From positions 86,719 to 137,574 of the forward strand of contig MGYS01000016.1 in the NCBI GenBank assembly GCA_001802565.1: 50,856 nucleotides of DNA, in the 5' to 3' direction. Position numbers and translations under genes: made by a program. The DNA comes from Gammaproteobacteria bacterium RIFCSPLOWO2_02_FULL_57_10. GTDB taxonomy: Bacteria > Pseudomonadota > Gammaproteobacteria > Pseudomonadales > Pseudohongiellaceae. Positions 9,406 through 18,520 of the stretch are shown here, piece by piece. A model generated the notes under the pieces. That model saw only the letters and a list, made by a program, of their open reading frames with translations, searched no databases and was not told where the DNA came from. Position 1 is the stretch's first letter. Each line of letters starts with the position of its first letter.

Positions 9406-11430
9406 TCAGTTTCGTGGACCATAGATCGGCAAATCCTGTCCATACTCCAGCGCCCCTAAATCAGGAGCATTACCATTGCTGCCTTCGGTAACATTTGGAA
9501 TATGCACACCGCTGTCTATCGCCGCTGATCCGCGCACCAATCCGAAATCCAGCACGCGTCCATCATACACGCGCTGCACTCGCGTCAGATCCTGCGCATC
9601 CAGCGCGGGAACATTCACGAAGTCATCGTAGTCCACCAGAATGCTGTTGCGATCCTGTCCTGTAGCGGCTGAGTATTCTTCCAGCGTGGCGAACGCACGA
9701 CGCGGCGCAGTTTCATTCACGCCATCGATCAAAGTCATGGCTCCTTCCGGTGCATTCCAGTGAAACGAAAATTCGGCACCGGGATTCGGACGGAAGCCGT
9801 TGTGGTCGGATGTGCTGTAACCGGTATTGGTGGTCACGTTGAAGATTGCCGGCACGTAGTTCTGTCCGAGTATTACATTGTTGCGCCAGTGCAGGTTTGC
9901 AGACGAACCCGTGACGGATTCCGTGAAGATGGTGTTATTGTAGTAGAGCACACCTGGCGCACCGGAGGTCATACGCGTCGCACCGCCTGGTGCGTGATAG
10001 ACGATATTGCGAATCCAGTAGACAGGCCCGCCTCCGGTAGGCTGATTCGACATCGGGTGCGACGCCGAGTTCAGCAGCATGTTGCGCATCACGCGGATGT
10101 TGTGCAGGCTGCCATCGATCTCGATGGCATTGTCGTGGAAGTTGCTCATGTAGTTGTTGTAGAAGTCGATGGCGACTGGGCGAAGGTGCCAGTAATCCCG
10201 CGTTGGGTATTGTGGGCCTTCGATCGCGTGGGAGCCATCGGGATTGCCATAGGTTTCCACATCGATGCCGTCGTGGAAATCCTGAATGTGATTGTAGGCG
10301 ACGACGTGCCCGGGGCCATACAGACGCACGGCAGTATATGAACTCATCAAGGGCGGGAACGTCTGTCCATCCACGCCCCCGAACTGTTGCCAGAAAGCGC
10401 CGACCCAGCCGATGAGTTTGTCGGGGTCATGTCGCCCGATAAAGACGTTATCGAGAATCGTGAAGTCGCTTGAGCCGGACCAGTTGCTGAAGATGCCGAG
10501 GCCGACATCCTCGAAGCGAGAATTCTTCACGGTCAGCCCTTTCGATCCCGCGATGAACTGCGTGCCTGCCCAGATCGCGATGTCGGTGTTGCGGAACGTG
10601 ATGCCTTCGAAGTAATTGTAGTCCGCTGCTTTCACATTGAAGAGATTGAATGCGCCGCGTCCGTCGATGATGACTTCGCCATCGCCTGCCGCCTTGATCA
10701 CGATGGGGCGCTCGGCAGTGCCGTCAGCAGTCAGGTAGTGTGTGCCTTCAAACGTCGTGGTGGCGTTGTAGCGCGTGTTGTTGGCGTAGAACTCGTAGAA
10801 GTAGGCATAGGTGCCCGCGTGCATCAGGATGATGTCGCCGGGTTTGACGCGGGGTCGTCCTCCCGGTGCGGTGTCACCGGCGCCGCAGCGATAGTTGTAC
10901 GCACACATCAGGCCGGTGAACGAAGGCTCCTCGCGCGGCCCTTCGTAGCCCACAGGATAGACGTGATAAACAGCGCCGCCCTCCGCAGGCATTGGTTCAG
11001 CGCGGGTGCTGACGGTGACTGTCTGTGTGGCGGTGCCGTTGACGCCGTCCGGATCCGTCATCTCGAAGCGTGCCTCGTAGGCAGTCCCTTCTTCCAGATC
11101 GAGAATACTGCCTGCGAACATGTTGGGTGCCACCATGTTCCAGATGTTCTCCTGGAAAGTGACTTCACCATTGAGGCGTAGCAGTGGCATCGCCTCCTGC
11201 CAGTCGTTGTCACCGACCTTGCGGAACGACACGGCGACGGCGGCATTGCGATTGCTGTCCCCTTCGACATGCCACTCGAACCCGAGGTTGATCAGCGTGG
11301 GGTTATTGATGACGAATTCGCCTGGGGTAATCGAATTGGTAATCGGATCATTGTCCTGAGCCTGAGTTGACAAGGCAAAAAGGCAGGCAAGCAGGGCGCC
11401 GCTGACGGACGCGTGCCGAGAAATTGGCAT
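9406..11430 (-). CDS. Secreted right-handed parallel beta-helix repeat protein (polysaccharide lyase/hydrolase-like fold)
   Basis: Signal peptide ending ALSTQAQD. Repeated N-x-hydrophobic beta-helix rungs (RNTDIAIWAG, VKNSRFEDVGLGIF, ILDNVFIG, YNNYMSNFHDNAIE). AAGGAG RBS. Confidence 0.65.
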   Translation of the reverse strand: MPISRHASVSGALLACLFALSTQAQDNDPITNSITPGEFVINNPTLINLGFEWHVEGDSNRNAAVAVSFRKVGDNDWQEAMPLLRLNGEVTFQENIWNMVAPNMFAGSILDLEEGTAYEARFEMTDPDGVNGTATQTVTVSTRAEPMPAEGGAVYHVYPVGYEGPREEPSFTGLMCAYNYRCGAGDTAPGGRPRVKPGDIILMHAGTYAYFYEFYANNTRYNATTTFEGTHYLTADGTAERPIVIKAAGDGEVIIDGRGAFNLFNVKAADYNYFEGITFRNTDIAIWAGTQFIAGSKGLTVKNSRFEDVGLGIFSNWSGSSDFTILDNVFIGRHDPDKLIGWVGAFWQQFGGVDGQTFPPLMSSYTAVRLYGPGHVVAYNHIQDFHDGIDVETYGNPDGSHAIEGPQYPTRDYWHLRPVAIDFYNNYMSNFHDNAIEIDGSLHNIRVMRNMLLNSASHPMSNQPTGGGPVYWIRNIVYHAPGGATRMTSGAPGVLYYNNTIFTESVTGSSANLHWRNNVILGQNYVPAIFNVTTNTGYSTSDHNGFRPNPGAEFSFHWNAPEGAMTLIDGVNETAPRRAFATLEEYSAATGQDRNSILVDYDDFVNVPALDAQDLTRVQRVYDGRVLDFGLVRGSAAIDSGVHIPNVTEGSNGNAPDLGALEYGQDLPIYGPRN

Positions 11431-11476
11431 GAGGATCTCCTTCGTTATTGTTGTTATGAATTCTTGTTATGGTCCG

Positions 11477-13066
11477 TTACTCAAGCTGTTCGCGCGGCGC
11501 AACACCGATCTGCTCGATGAAATACGCCATGAAACGCGCGACACGCTCCAGGCCCGGCGTGGAAATTGTCTCCAGCATGTCGCCATTCGTGTGGTACAGC
11601 GGATTGCCCTGAATCAATTGCAAGAGAACGCTTTCGACATCAGGATTGTCACCAGCGCCATAGGTGCTCGCCTGAGATACAAAATTCAATCCGTAACGCA
11701 ACCCGCCTTCACGAATAATCGACTCGATGAAAGGTGAGCGCTCACTCAAGCCATTCATCAGAAATCCTTCACCCGCGTCCGTGATGACATCACGCACGCC
11801 GTTGGTGGCCGTGCGCGCGGGATTGATCTGCATTGCCGCCACGTGTTCGAGATTCACCGTCAGCACGTTGCGTGCGATCAGTTCGAGATTCATCTCCACA
11901 AGTTGATCCGGGCCATTCAGTCCTGGTGTGTGATGTCCGGCACTGCCGACGAATACCAGTGTGCGCGAAGGGCGATTTTCTGGCTTCGAGAAATGCTCCG
12001 CCAATCCGACCATCACCGCGAGCCCGTCGGCATTGTCATTCGCACCATCGAACCAGCCATCGACGTGCGCGTTGATGATGATGTTCTCCTCGCTCTCACC
12101 AGCCACGATGCCGATCACATTCGACGCACGCATGCCGCCGCGCTCCTCATCCTGCAATGTCAGCGTGGCCTGCAACTGGTTTGATACTCCCGCGAGCGCT
12201 GCTGCATCCATCACCTCTTCGAGAAAGCGTCCGTCCTGCCCACCGAAGTTGAAGCACGGGCCTCCGCAGTTGCTGATGTCGCGCATCCGCATGTTGCCGG
12301 CCTGATCCACGACGTTGAAAACGGCGACGGCGCCGCGATTGATCAGCTCCTGAGCCTTCGCTCTTGCCGGGCCACGTTCGAGAAACAGATGTCCCTTCGG
12401 CGTGATGTGTTGCACCGCGATCTTGCCGCGCACGTCGATGTATTCAAGCTCGGCCGCGCGCGCTGTGCCCACGAATATCAGCGGGGCGGTGAGGCCTTCC
12501 TGAGACAGTACGGTGCCATCGGCTGGCATGGCCGATTCAAGAATCACATCGCGGCTGCCCGGCCCGAAGTTCTCGCTGCCATGGATGCGCACCTCCCAAG
12601 AGTGGGCCAACCACAGGGTGGCATCGGTTGTCTGATTGAACCATTGACGCTCAATGTCAGGGACCCCAGCCTCATTGAAGCGCTGCTCGACCCAGTCCAT
12701 GGTGCGATCGCCCGACGGCAATCCGGTGATGCGGCCCCACAATTGTCCGGTGCCCACCTCATTCGTTTCGCGGCTCCACTTCGAGAAATCGACGATCGCT
12801 TCCAGGTCTCGTCGTAATGCGTCACCTGTCAGTGCCGTATCGTTCTCCTCCCCGGAAGGCACGATGGCAGGTCGCGGGCCGTAATCGCTGCCGATGATGA
12901 CCGGGGCCACTGTGGGATCAAAGCCGGGAGCAGGGGACACGCCGAACCACGGTTGAGTGGTCGCAGGCTGCGCCAGCAAAGGGCCTGCGCCAACGGAGAG
13001 GAGCGCGGTGAGCAGGGCTGTCAGCAGAACGGAAAAGGAGGTGGAGCCGGACTTTTGCTTCGACAT
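11477..13066 (-). CDS. M28-family metallopeptidase with PA domain, secreted
   Basis: HVDGWFDGANDNADGLAVMVGLAEHF zinc-ligand region. Signal peptide after the internal ATG (MSKQKSGSTSFSVLLTALL), so the 65-codon upstream extension was rejected. Confidence 0.75.
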   Translation of the reverse strand: MSKQKSGSTSFSVLLTALLTALLSVGAGPLLAQPATTQPWFGVSPAPGFDPTVAPVIIGSDYGPRPAIVPSGEENDTALTGDALRRDLEAIVDFSKWSRETNEVGTGQLWGRITGLPSGDRTMDWVEQRFNEAGVPDIERQWFNQTTDATLWLAHSWEVRIHGSENFGPGSRDVILESAMPADGTVLSQEGLTAPLIFVGTARAAELEYIDVRGKIAVQHITPKGHLFLERGPARAKAQELINRGAVAVFNVVDQAGNMRMRDISNCGGPCFNFGGQDGRFLEEVMDAAALAGVSNQLQATLTLQDEERGGMRASNVIGIVAGESEENIIINAHVDGWFDGANDNADGLAVMVGLAEHFSKPENRPSRTLVFVGSAGHHTPGLNGPDQLVEMNLELIARNVLTVNLEHVAAMQINPARTATNGVRDVITDAGEGFLMNGLSERSPFIESIIREGGLRYGLNFVSQASTYGAGDNPDVESVLLQLIQGNPLYHTNGDMLETISTPGLERVARFMAYFIEQIGVAPREQLE

Positions 13067-13300
13067 GAAGGTAGCCTCTTGGTCATGAACAGCTTGTATG
13101 CTGCTTTTTGTGCGCCGGGACATGAGCTGGAGCAAAGGTAGAGTCATCGCATGGCTGTGTCCAGCCGTCCGCGTCCATGCGATTGGACTTGGAGGCCGAT
13201 AGCTTTTATGCTGGCCCTCAGCCGTTTGCGCTCTGCAATCAGTCCAATAAAGATGGTTCAATAAAAACGTATCAATAACAACATCAAACGAGGAGCTGTC

Positions 13301-14515
13301 ATGACGACGTCAAGAAAACTGCTAACCACAGCCATTGTCTGTGCCACCGCACTGCTGGCCGGATGTAATGAAGCTGCCAACACGCCCCCTCCTGCGGCAG
13401 CTGCACCCGCCCCGGTAGCCGCTGCACCAGCCCCTGCTCCGATGGCAGCGGCACCTGCGATGCCAGTCGGCAATGTCATTTCCGGCGAAGACATGCCCAA
13501 TCCGAATCCCAATGTGACCCAGAACTGGGGCGAACTGCCTGAAGGTCGCGTCTGGGGATCTACGGCAGGTATCGATATTGATCCAAACGACGGTCACATC
13601 TGGGCCTATGAACGCTGTGGCGCTGGCAATTTCGGTGCCGGCGCCCCCGTCACCTGCGATACCAACCTCGTTGATCCGATTTTCAAGTTCGACCGCAATA
13701 CCGGCGAGGTTCTGGCCAACTTTGGCGCTGGCGTGATGGTGACCCCTCACGGCATCCACGTGGACAGCGAAAGCAACGTCTGGGTCACGGACTTCGCCAC
13801 CAATGAAGATCAGACCAAGGGTCAGCAGGTCCACAAGTTCAGTCCAACGGGCGAACTGCTGATGAGTCTGGGAACTCCCGGGCAGACGGGCAACGACGGC
13901 GCACACTTCAATCAGCCGAATGACGTGATCGTTGGCCCTGACGGCAGCATCTACGTGTCCGATGGCCACAATGGTCAGGGCATGACCACCAATCAGGCGA
14001 TGGCGGAGGGACGTGAATCAGGTCAGACAGCACGTATCATGAAGTTCGCTCCGGACGGCACTTTCATCAAACAGTGGGGCGAGATCGGCGTGCGTCACGG
14101 CGAGTTCCGTACTCCGCATGCGATGGAATTCGATTCACGCGGCCGTCTGTGGGTCGCCGATCGCGGTAACCACCGTCTGGAGATCTTCGATCAGGATGGC
14201 AACTACCTCGAATCGCGTTACATGTTCAGCCGCATCAGCGGCATCTTCATCACCGATGATGACATGCTGTATGCGATCGACTCCGAGTCGAGCCCGACCA
14301 ACCACGTCGGCTGGCGTAACGGTGTGCGCATCGGCCACATCGATCATGACCACGTGACGGCGTTCATTCCTCCGTTCGAGCGTGAGGATCGTGTGTACCA
14401 GGGCACTGCCGGTGAAGGTGTGGCAGTCGATGCCGATGGCAACGTGTATGCGGCCGAAGGTCCGAACTCTCTGAGTCAGGCCGGTGGTGCATTCACCAAG
14501 TACTCGGTGGAATAA
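13301..14515 (+). CDS. NHL-repeat beta-propeller lipoprotein (peptidylglycine-lyase-like fold)
   Basis: Lipobox LLAGC followed by an Ala/Pro-rich linker. Repeated NHL-like blades (FNQPNDVIVGPDGSIYVSD, FRTPHAMEFDSRGRLWVADRGNHRLEIF). GAGGAG RBS. Confidence 0.7.
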   Translation: MTTSRKLLTTAIVCATALLAGCNEAANTPPPAAAAPAPVAAAPAPAPMAAAPAMPVGNVISGEDMPNPNPNVTQNWGELPEGRVWGSTAGIDIDPNDGHIWAYERCGAGNFGAGAPVTCDTNLVDPIFKFDRNTGEVLANFGAGVMVTPHGIHVDSESNVWVTDFATNEDQTKGQQVHKFSPTGELLMSLGTPGQTGNDGAHFNQPNDVIVGPDGSIYVSDGHNGQGMTTNQAMAEGRESGQTARIMKFAPDGTFIKQWGEIGVRHGEFRTPHAMEFDSRGRLWVADRGNHRLEIFDQDGNYLESRYMFSRISGIFITDDDMLYAIDSESSPTNHVGWRNGVRIGHIDHDHVTAFIPPFEREDRVYQGTAGEGVAVDADGNVYAAEGPNSLSQAGGAFTKYSVE

Positions 14516-14529
14516 ACTTCCAGCGCACG

Positions 14530-14555
14530 CTGTGGGAGCTTGCCCTGCAAGCGAT
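14530..14555. repeat. Degenerate single REP unit
   Basis: ctgtgggagcttgccctgcaagcgat resembles the REP core found elsewhere in the window. Confidence 0.3.
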
Positions 14556-14607
14556 GCGTTTCATGAAGACCATGCACAAACAGTTTGCGTATGGTCGAGT
14601 AACAGGG

Positions 14608-14638
14608 AATGGGGGCGCTGAGCCCCCATTCTTTTTTT
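14608..14638 (+). terminator. Rho-independent terminator
   Basis: aatgggggc-gctga-gcccccatt GC-rich stem followed by a cttttttt T-tract, downstream of the NHL lipoprotein gene. Confidence 0.7.
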
Positions 14639-14667
14639 CAACCAAGGCAACAAAGAGCAACATCCCG

Positions 14668-14946
14668 ATGCACGCAACTCTCAGAAAACTCTTCGCCCCC
14701 ATTCTCGACATCTTTGAGCAGGGTGATGGCCCATACGTCTACCGTCCGTCGCATCGCAAGATTCTCATTGCCGTCGGTGCGCTGTTCTTCATTCTGTCAC
14801 TGATCTCGCTCTACTTTTCCATGATAGCCGGTGGCAGTGGCGCGTTTGTGCCAGTCGTGGTGTTCTTCGTGGTGAGTCTGGTGTGTCTCGTCGTGGGTGG
14901 GCTTGGAACAGAGCGTGCGGTGGCGAAAATCTGGGGTAGCAAGTAG
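14668..14946 (+). CDS. Small two-TM membrane protein, unknown function
   Basis: ATG after the terminator. Two hydrophobic helices (ILIAVGALFFILSLISLYF, FVPVVVFFVVSLVCLVVGGL). The upstream part of the listed ORF runs through the terminator and was trimmed. Confidence 0.45.
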   Translation: MHATLRKLFAPILDIFEQGDGPYVYRPSHRKILIAVGALFFILSLISLYFSMIAGGSGAFVPVVVFFVVSLVCLVVGGLGTERAVAKIWGSK

Positions 14947-14958
14947 CGTACAAGTTCT

Positions 14959-15177
14959 TCAAGAGTGCCAGGAAATATCAATCTTGCGTTTGTGTGCAAC
15001 GCAGTCCTGCAAGTAAAGATTTATGAGGCTCTGGTAGGGGACGCCCGCCTCTTCTGCCATGCCTTTGAAGTAGGCGATTACCTCTTCGTCCATTCGAATG
15101 GTAATCGATTTCTTCAACTTCGCAGCGTAGGGATTAGGCCGCGATTTCATTCCAGACAAATTGTATTCTGATTTCAT
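14959..15177 (-). CDS. brnA: BrnA-family antitoxin (RHH-type)
   Basis: SITIRMDEEVIAYFKGMAEEAGVPYQSLINLYLQDC is typical BrnA. ATGA start/stop overlap with the upstream toxin gene. Confidence 0.8.
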   Translation of the reverse strand: MKSEYNLSGMKSRPNPYAAKLKKSITIRMDEEVIAYFKGMAEEAGVPYQSLINLYLQDCVAHKRKIDISWHS

Positions 15178-15476
15178 TTTTCAGACCCATTGTAGAACTG
15201 GCTTTCGTTGGCGGTAGCCTTCCGAGCAGAGATGATCCTGATCATGCTTTCAGAATCACTGACGCAATGAACCACGATAAGCAGTCGTCCTTTGTCACTC
15301 ATACCCAACATCAGATAACGGTCTTCAGATACCGAGTTATCGATGTCAAAGAACTGAACCGCAAGTTCATCGAAGAAAACCGAGCGTGCTTCTTCAAAAG
15401 AAACATTGTGCTTCTGCATATTGGACGTATGCTTGGCGCGATTCCAGATGAAGCGTATCATATGTACACCGTACAT
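15174..15476 (-). CDS. brnT: BrnT-family toxin (DUF497)
   Basis: FIWNRAKHTSNMQKHNVSFEEARSVFFD...RIISARKAT is typical BrnT. An alternative ATG lies at 15461. Confidence 0.8.
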   Translation of the reverse strand: MYGVHMIRFIWNRAKHTSNMQKHNVSFEEARSVFFDELAVQFFDIDNSVSEDRYLMLGMSDKGRLLIVVHCVSDSESMIRIISARKATANESQFYNGSEK

Positions 15477-15626
15477 ACATAGCTGTGAGGCTCAAATGGT
15501 CTCTGTTGCTGGAAAGCGTTCCGCAGGGGATTGATTGGCATCCTTGCCTCCCATGAACAAATTGCAGGGTTTTAATTATCCAAGTTATAGCACATGAAAC
15601 TCTTGCAGGAAGGAAACCCTCCACTT

Positions 15627-16481
15627 ATGCACATCGTTCCATTTCTCGAACTCATTTGCCCGCTCGACAAGACGCCATTGCAAAAGATGGAGTCGTCCTG
15701 GCGCTGCGCGGCGGGGCACAGCTATGACATCGCCCGCGAGGGTTACACGCACTTGCTGCCAGTGCAGAACAAGAAATCCAGAGACCCCGGTGACAGCAAG
15801 GAGATGGTGGCCGCGCGCAGACGCTTTCTCAATGGGCTACTCTACAAACCAATCGCCCATGCAACAGGAAGACTGATTCTGAATGGTGTGCCATCTGGCA
15901 CCACACTCAGTTGTCTCGACGCCGGTTGTGGAGAAGGCTATTACCTGCGTGAGCTGGCCGCGATGAACAGCGACGTTGATTCGCTTTCGCTGTTAGGGCT
16001 CGACATTTCCAAATGGGCCGTGCTCGCAGCAGCAAAGCAGGAGCGACGAGTCGGCTGGGTAGTAGGCAGCAATGCGAATCTGCCGGTGGAATCGGCGTCA
16101 CTCGATCGCGTGCTGTGCATGTTCGGGTTTCCGGTGTACGCGGAGTTCGCTCGTGTATTGAAACCACAAGGGATGTTGCTGCAGGTGGATTCCGGGCCGG
16201 AGCATCTGCGTGAGTTGCGGGAAATAATCTACCCCTCGTTGAAGCCAGAGCGCGATGCGAGCATGTTTGTGCCAGACGGTTTCGAGAGAGAGGCCACGAA
16301 TGCGCTCACATTCCCGATCACCCTCAGCAGTGCCGAACAGATCGCCGACCTGCTCGCCATGACGCCGCATCTCTATCGCGCAACCGCGGAAGGGCGTGAG
16401 AGAGCTGCAGCACTGACGGCATTGACCGTCACCGTTGATGTGAGGCTGACGATTTTCCGTCGTGCAGTTCTGACAGAGTAA
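15627..16481 (+). CDS. rlmA: 23S rRNA (guanine745-N1)-methyltransferase
   Basis: N-terminal zinc-ribbon CPLDKTPL...WRCAAGHSYDIAREGY, PGDSKEMVAARRRFL and SAM motif LDAGCGEGYY. Internal ATG (MHIVPF) chosen. Confidence 0.8.
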   Translation: MHIVPFLELICPLDKTPLQKMESSWRCAAGHSYDIAREGYTHLLPVQNKKSRDPGDSKEMVAARRRFLNGLLYKPIAHATGRLILNGVPSGTTLSCLDAGCGEGYYLRELAAMNSDVDSLSLLGLDISKWAVLAAAKQERRVGWVVGSNANLPVESASLDRVLCMFGFPVYAEFARVLKPQGMLLQVDSGPEHLRELREIIYPSLKPERDASMFVPDGFEREATNALTFPITLSSAEQIADLLAMTPHLYRATAEGRERAAALTALTVTVDVRLTIFRRAVLTE

Positions 16482-16487
16482 CCGCAC

Positions 16488-16841
16488 TCACTGCGGCATT
16501 CCAGCAAGCTCCTCGATGGGCCTGATTTCGATAGTGCCGACCACCGCAGGTGGAATGCGTGCGGCTACCGCTTTTGCCTCGTCAAGATTCGCCACGTCGA
16601 TGAGGAAGTATCCTCCGAGCTGTTCGTGAGTCTCCGCGAAAGGACCGTCGGTGATCAGCGTCTTGCCTTCACGAATCCTGACACTCACCGCTGTATCGAT
16701 ATTCTTCAGTGGCGACGCGGCAATGAACTTTCCTTCCTGCGCCAGTTCATGACACAGCGCGACGGAGGCATCGCGAAACTTGAGCCGATCAAGTGTGTCC
16801 CATATTTTCTCGTTGCAGTAGATCAGCAGCATGTACTTCAT
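16488..16841 (-). CDS. YciI-family (DGPF domain) protein
   Basis: MKYMLLIY...GPFAETHEQLGGYFLIDVANLDEAKAVAARIP is family-typical. Confidence 0.75.
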   Translation of the reverse strand: MKYMLLIYCNEKIWDTLDRLKFRDASVALCHELAQEGKFIAASPLKNIDTAVSVRIREGKTLITDGPFAETHEQLGGYFLIDVANLDEAKAVAARIPPAVVGTIEIRPIEELAGMPQ

Positions 16842-16979
16842 TGAGTGAGCCTCGGCGAATATGTTGGCAGGCGGGATTTAACAACAAAAATTCCGGAAAG
16901 TCATCGGCACGAGCTGCGGCTCTGGTATAGTCGTAACGGTTGCACATGAATTGAACACAATTACAAGAAAGGAGCCTCC

Positions 16980-17705
16980 GTGAATATTTTCGCCCTTGCC
17001 TCAGCACCCCGTTTCATCAATCAGACGCTTGTTGCGCTGGTCCTCATGACAGCGGGCAGCCTGCCGCTCACTGCCCAGGAGCTGCCCGACCCCACGCGCT
17101 ACGAAGACGCCATCCTGAAGTTCGAGGAGCAGGACAGGCTCAGCCCGCCGCCTGCGAATGCGATCGTACTGACCGGCAGTTCCAGCATCATGTACTGGAA
17201 CGAGGAAGCGCCCGCCGATCTCGCTCCGCTCACGGTAATCCCACGCGGGTTCGGCGGCACCGTGATGAACGATGTGCTGCACTATCTGGATCGTGTGGCG
17301 CTGGTCTACAAACCAAGGGCAATCCTCATCTACGAGGGCGACAACGATACCGGCCGCAACAACATTCCCAACGATGTGATCATCGATCAGCTGGAACAAA
17401 TCATCGCGCGTATTCACACCGAGTTGCCGGAGACGCGCATCTACGTGCTGGCAGTCAAGCCGAGTGTGCTGCGTGTGGCAAGCTGGCCGATCGCGCAGGA
17501 ATTGAATGAACGCTACAAGGCGATTGCAGACAGTGATCCGCTGGTGACCTACATCGATACCGCCACGCCATTCCTCAAGAGCGATGGCACCGTGATGACG
17601 GACATCTTCGTGGAAGACAACCTGCACCTGAATGAGAAAGGCTACGACATCTGGGCCGCCGCCGTGCGCGAAGTGCTGATCAGATATGAGAGGGCGTTTG
17701 AATAA
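16980..17705 (+). CDS. Secreted SGNH/GDSL-type hydrolase
   Basis: Block I VLTGSSS, block II GFGG, block III YEGDND, block V DNLHLNEKGY. GTG start and a signal peptide. Confidence 0.75.
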   Translation: MNIFALASAPRFINQTLVALVLMTAGSLPLTAQELPDPTRYEDAILKFEEQDRLSPPPANAIVLTGSSSIMYWNEEAPADLAPLTVIPRGFGGTVMNDVLHYLDRVALVYKPRAILIYEGDNDTGRNNIPNDVIIDQLEQIIARIHTELPETRIYVLAVKPSVLRVASWPIAQELNERYKAIADSDPLVTYIDTATPFLKSDGTVMTDIFVEDNLHLNEKGYDIWAAAVREVLIRYERAFE

Positions 17706-17725
17706 TCGAGGACAGATACTCTGAC

Positions 17726-17792
17726 TGTGGGAGCGGGTCTGCCCGCGATTGATTGCGCGCTCTTGTTCATCGCGGGCAGGCCCGCTCCCACA
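17726..17792. repeat. REP inverted pair
   Basis: tgtgggagcgggtctgcccgcgat ... atcgcgggcaggcccgctcccaca with a 19-nt spacer, in an intergenic spacer. Confidence 0.85.
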
Positions 17793-17816
17793 GAGAGCTT
17801 GGTGCAGACACCGCTA

Positions 17817-18158
17817 TCACCTAACTGATCGAGTCTCCTGACCCAGTTTGTCGATTACCCACTGATTCAGACTTTTTCCTTCGGCAGCGGCAGCGTGAGC
17901 AATATCCGCGTGGAGTTCCCTGGGTATGCGTAAATTGAATTTGCCTGAATACTGTCGCAAAGGGTCGACATTTTCTTCTGCACACATTTCAAGAAAGACT
18001 TTCAACGAAAGTTCACCCTCGTGCCGAAGTCCAGCCACGTCGCGCGCGTAAAAATCAGCACTGCCACTGAGATCAACAAACTCGCCCCTGAACATCTCGA
18101 TATCCGGGTCGTATTGAATGATGGCGCGATAGCCGTTGATGGTCATGCTGTTCCTCAT
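17817..18158 (-). CDS. hicB: HicB-family antitoxin
   Basis: YRAIIQYDPDIEMFRGEFVDL...GKFNLRIPRELHADIAHAAAAEGKSLNQWV. The ATG overlaps the hicA stop as ATGA at 18155-18158. Confidence 0.8.
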   Translation of the reverse strand: MRNSMTINGYRAIIQYDPDIEMFRGEFVDLSGSADFYARDVAGLRHEGELSLKVFLEMCAEENVDPLRQYSGKFNLRIPRELHADIAHAAAAEGKSLNQWVIDKLGQETRSVR

Positions 18159-18409
18159 GGCTTGACTCCGTTCTCCTGTAACCAATTGCGAATGGAGCAG
18201 ATAGCTCCTTTGTCGACTTCAGGCGTAGGGTGAGGTCGGTGAAACACCCGTCGCTCACCGAACAATCTTACGCCTACTCGGGAGCCCTCTCGCTCGGAGA
18301 CAGTGGCACCAAGGGCAATCAGCAGAGCCTCGACTTCACGCCAATGGAGATTGGCGGCGGCCGGGCGCGCGTAAAGTTTCTTCAAAGTGGCAAGATGTTT
18401 GGATCGCAT
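18155..18409 (-). CDS. hicA: HicA-family mRNA interferase toxin
   Basis: LHWREVEALLIALGATVSEREGSRVGV...HRPHP is HicA-like. Internal ATG (MRSKHLATL) chosen. Confidence 0.8.
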   Translation of the reverse strand: MRSKHLATLKKLYARPAAANLHWREVEALLIALGATVSEREGSRVGVRLFGERRVFHRPHPTPEVDKGAICSIRNWLQENGVKP

Positions 18410-18520
18410 GGTACTGGATAGCGGTACTGTAGACAAGTTAGTGGCTTTCCGAAGGTATAGCTCTGAAAGCTGGATTGCGCTACTCAGCAGGATAGGTATG
18501 GGCGGGTGTTTGGGGTCGTA

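Noticed and set aside
9760-10341. 193-aa plus-strand ORF
   Set aside because: It is antisense to the beta-helix protein gene. Its Val/Arg/His-rich translation marks it as a shadow ORF.
13370-13470. Ala/Pro-rich low-complexity DNA (PPPAAAAPAPVAAAPAPAPMAAAPAMP), considered as a tandem repeat or contingency locus
   Set aside because: It is an imperfect, in-frame, typical flexible linker that follows the lipobox of a lipoprotein. I could find no exact nucleotide tandem unit.
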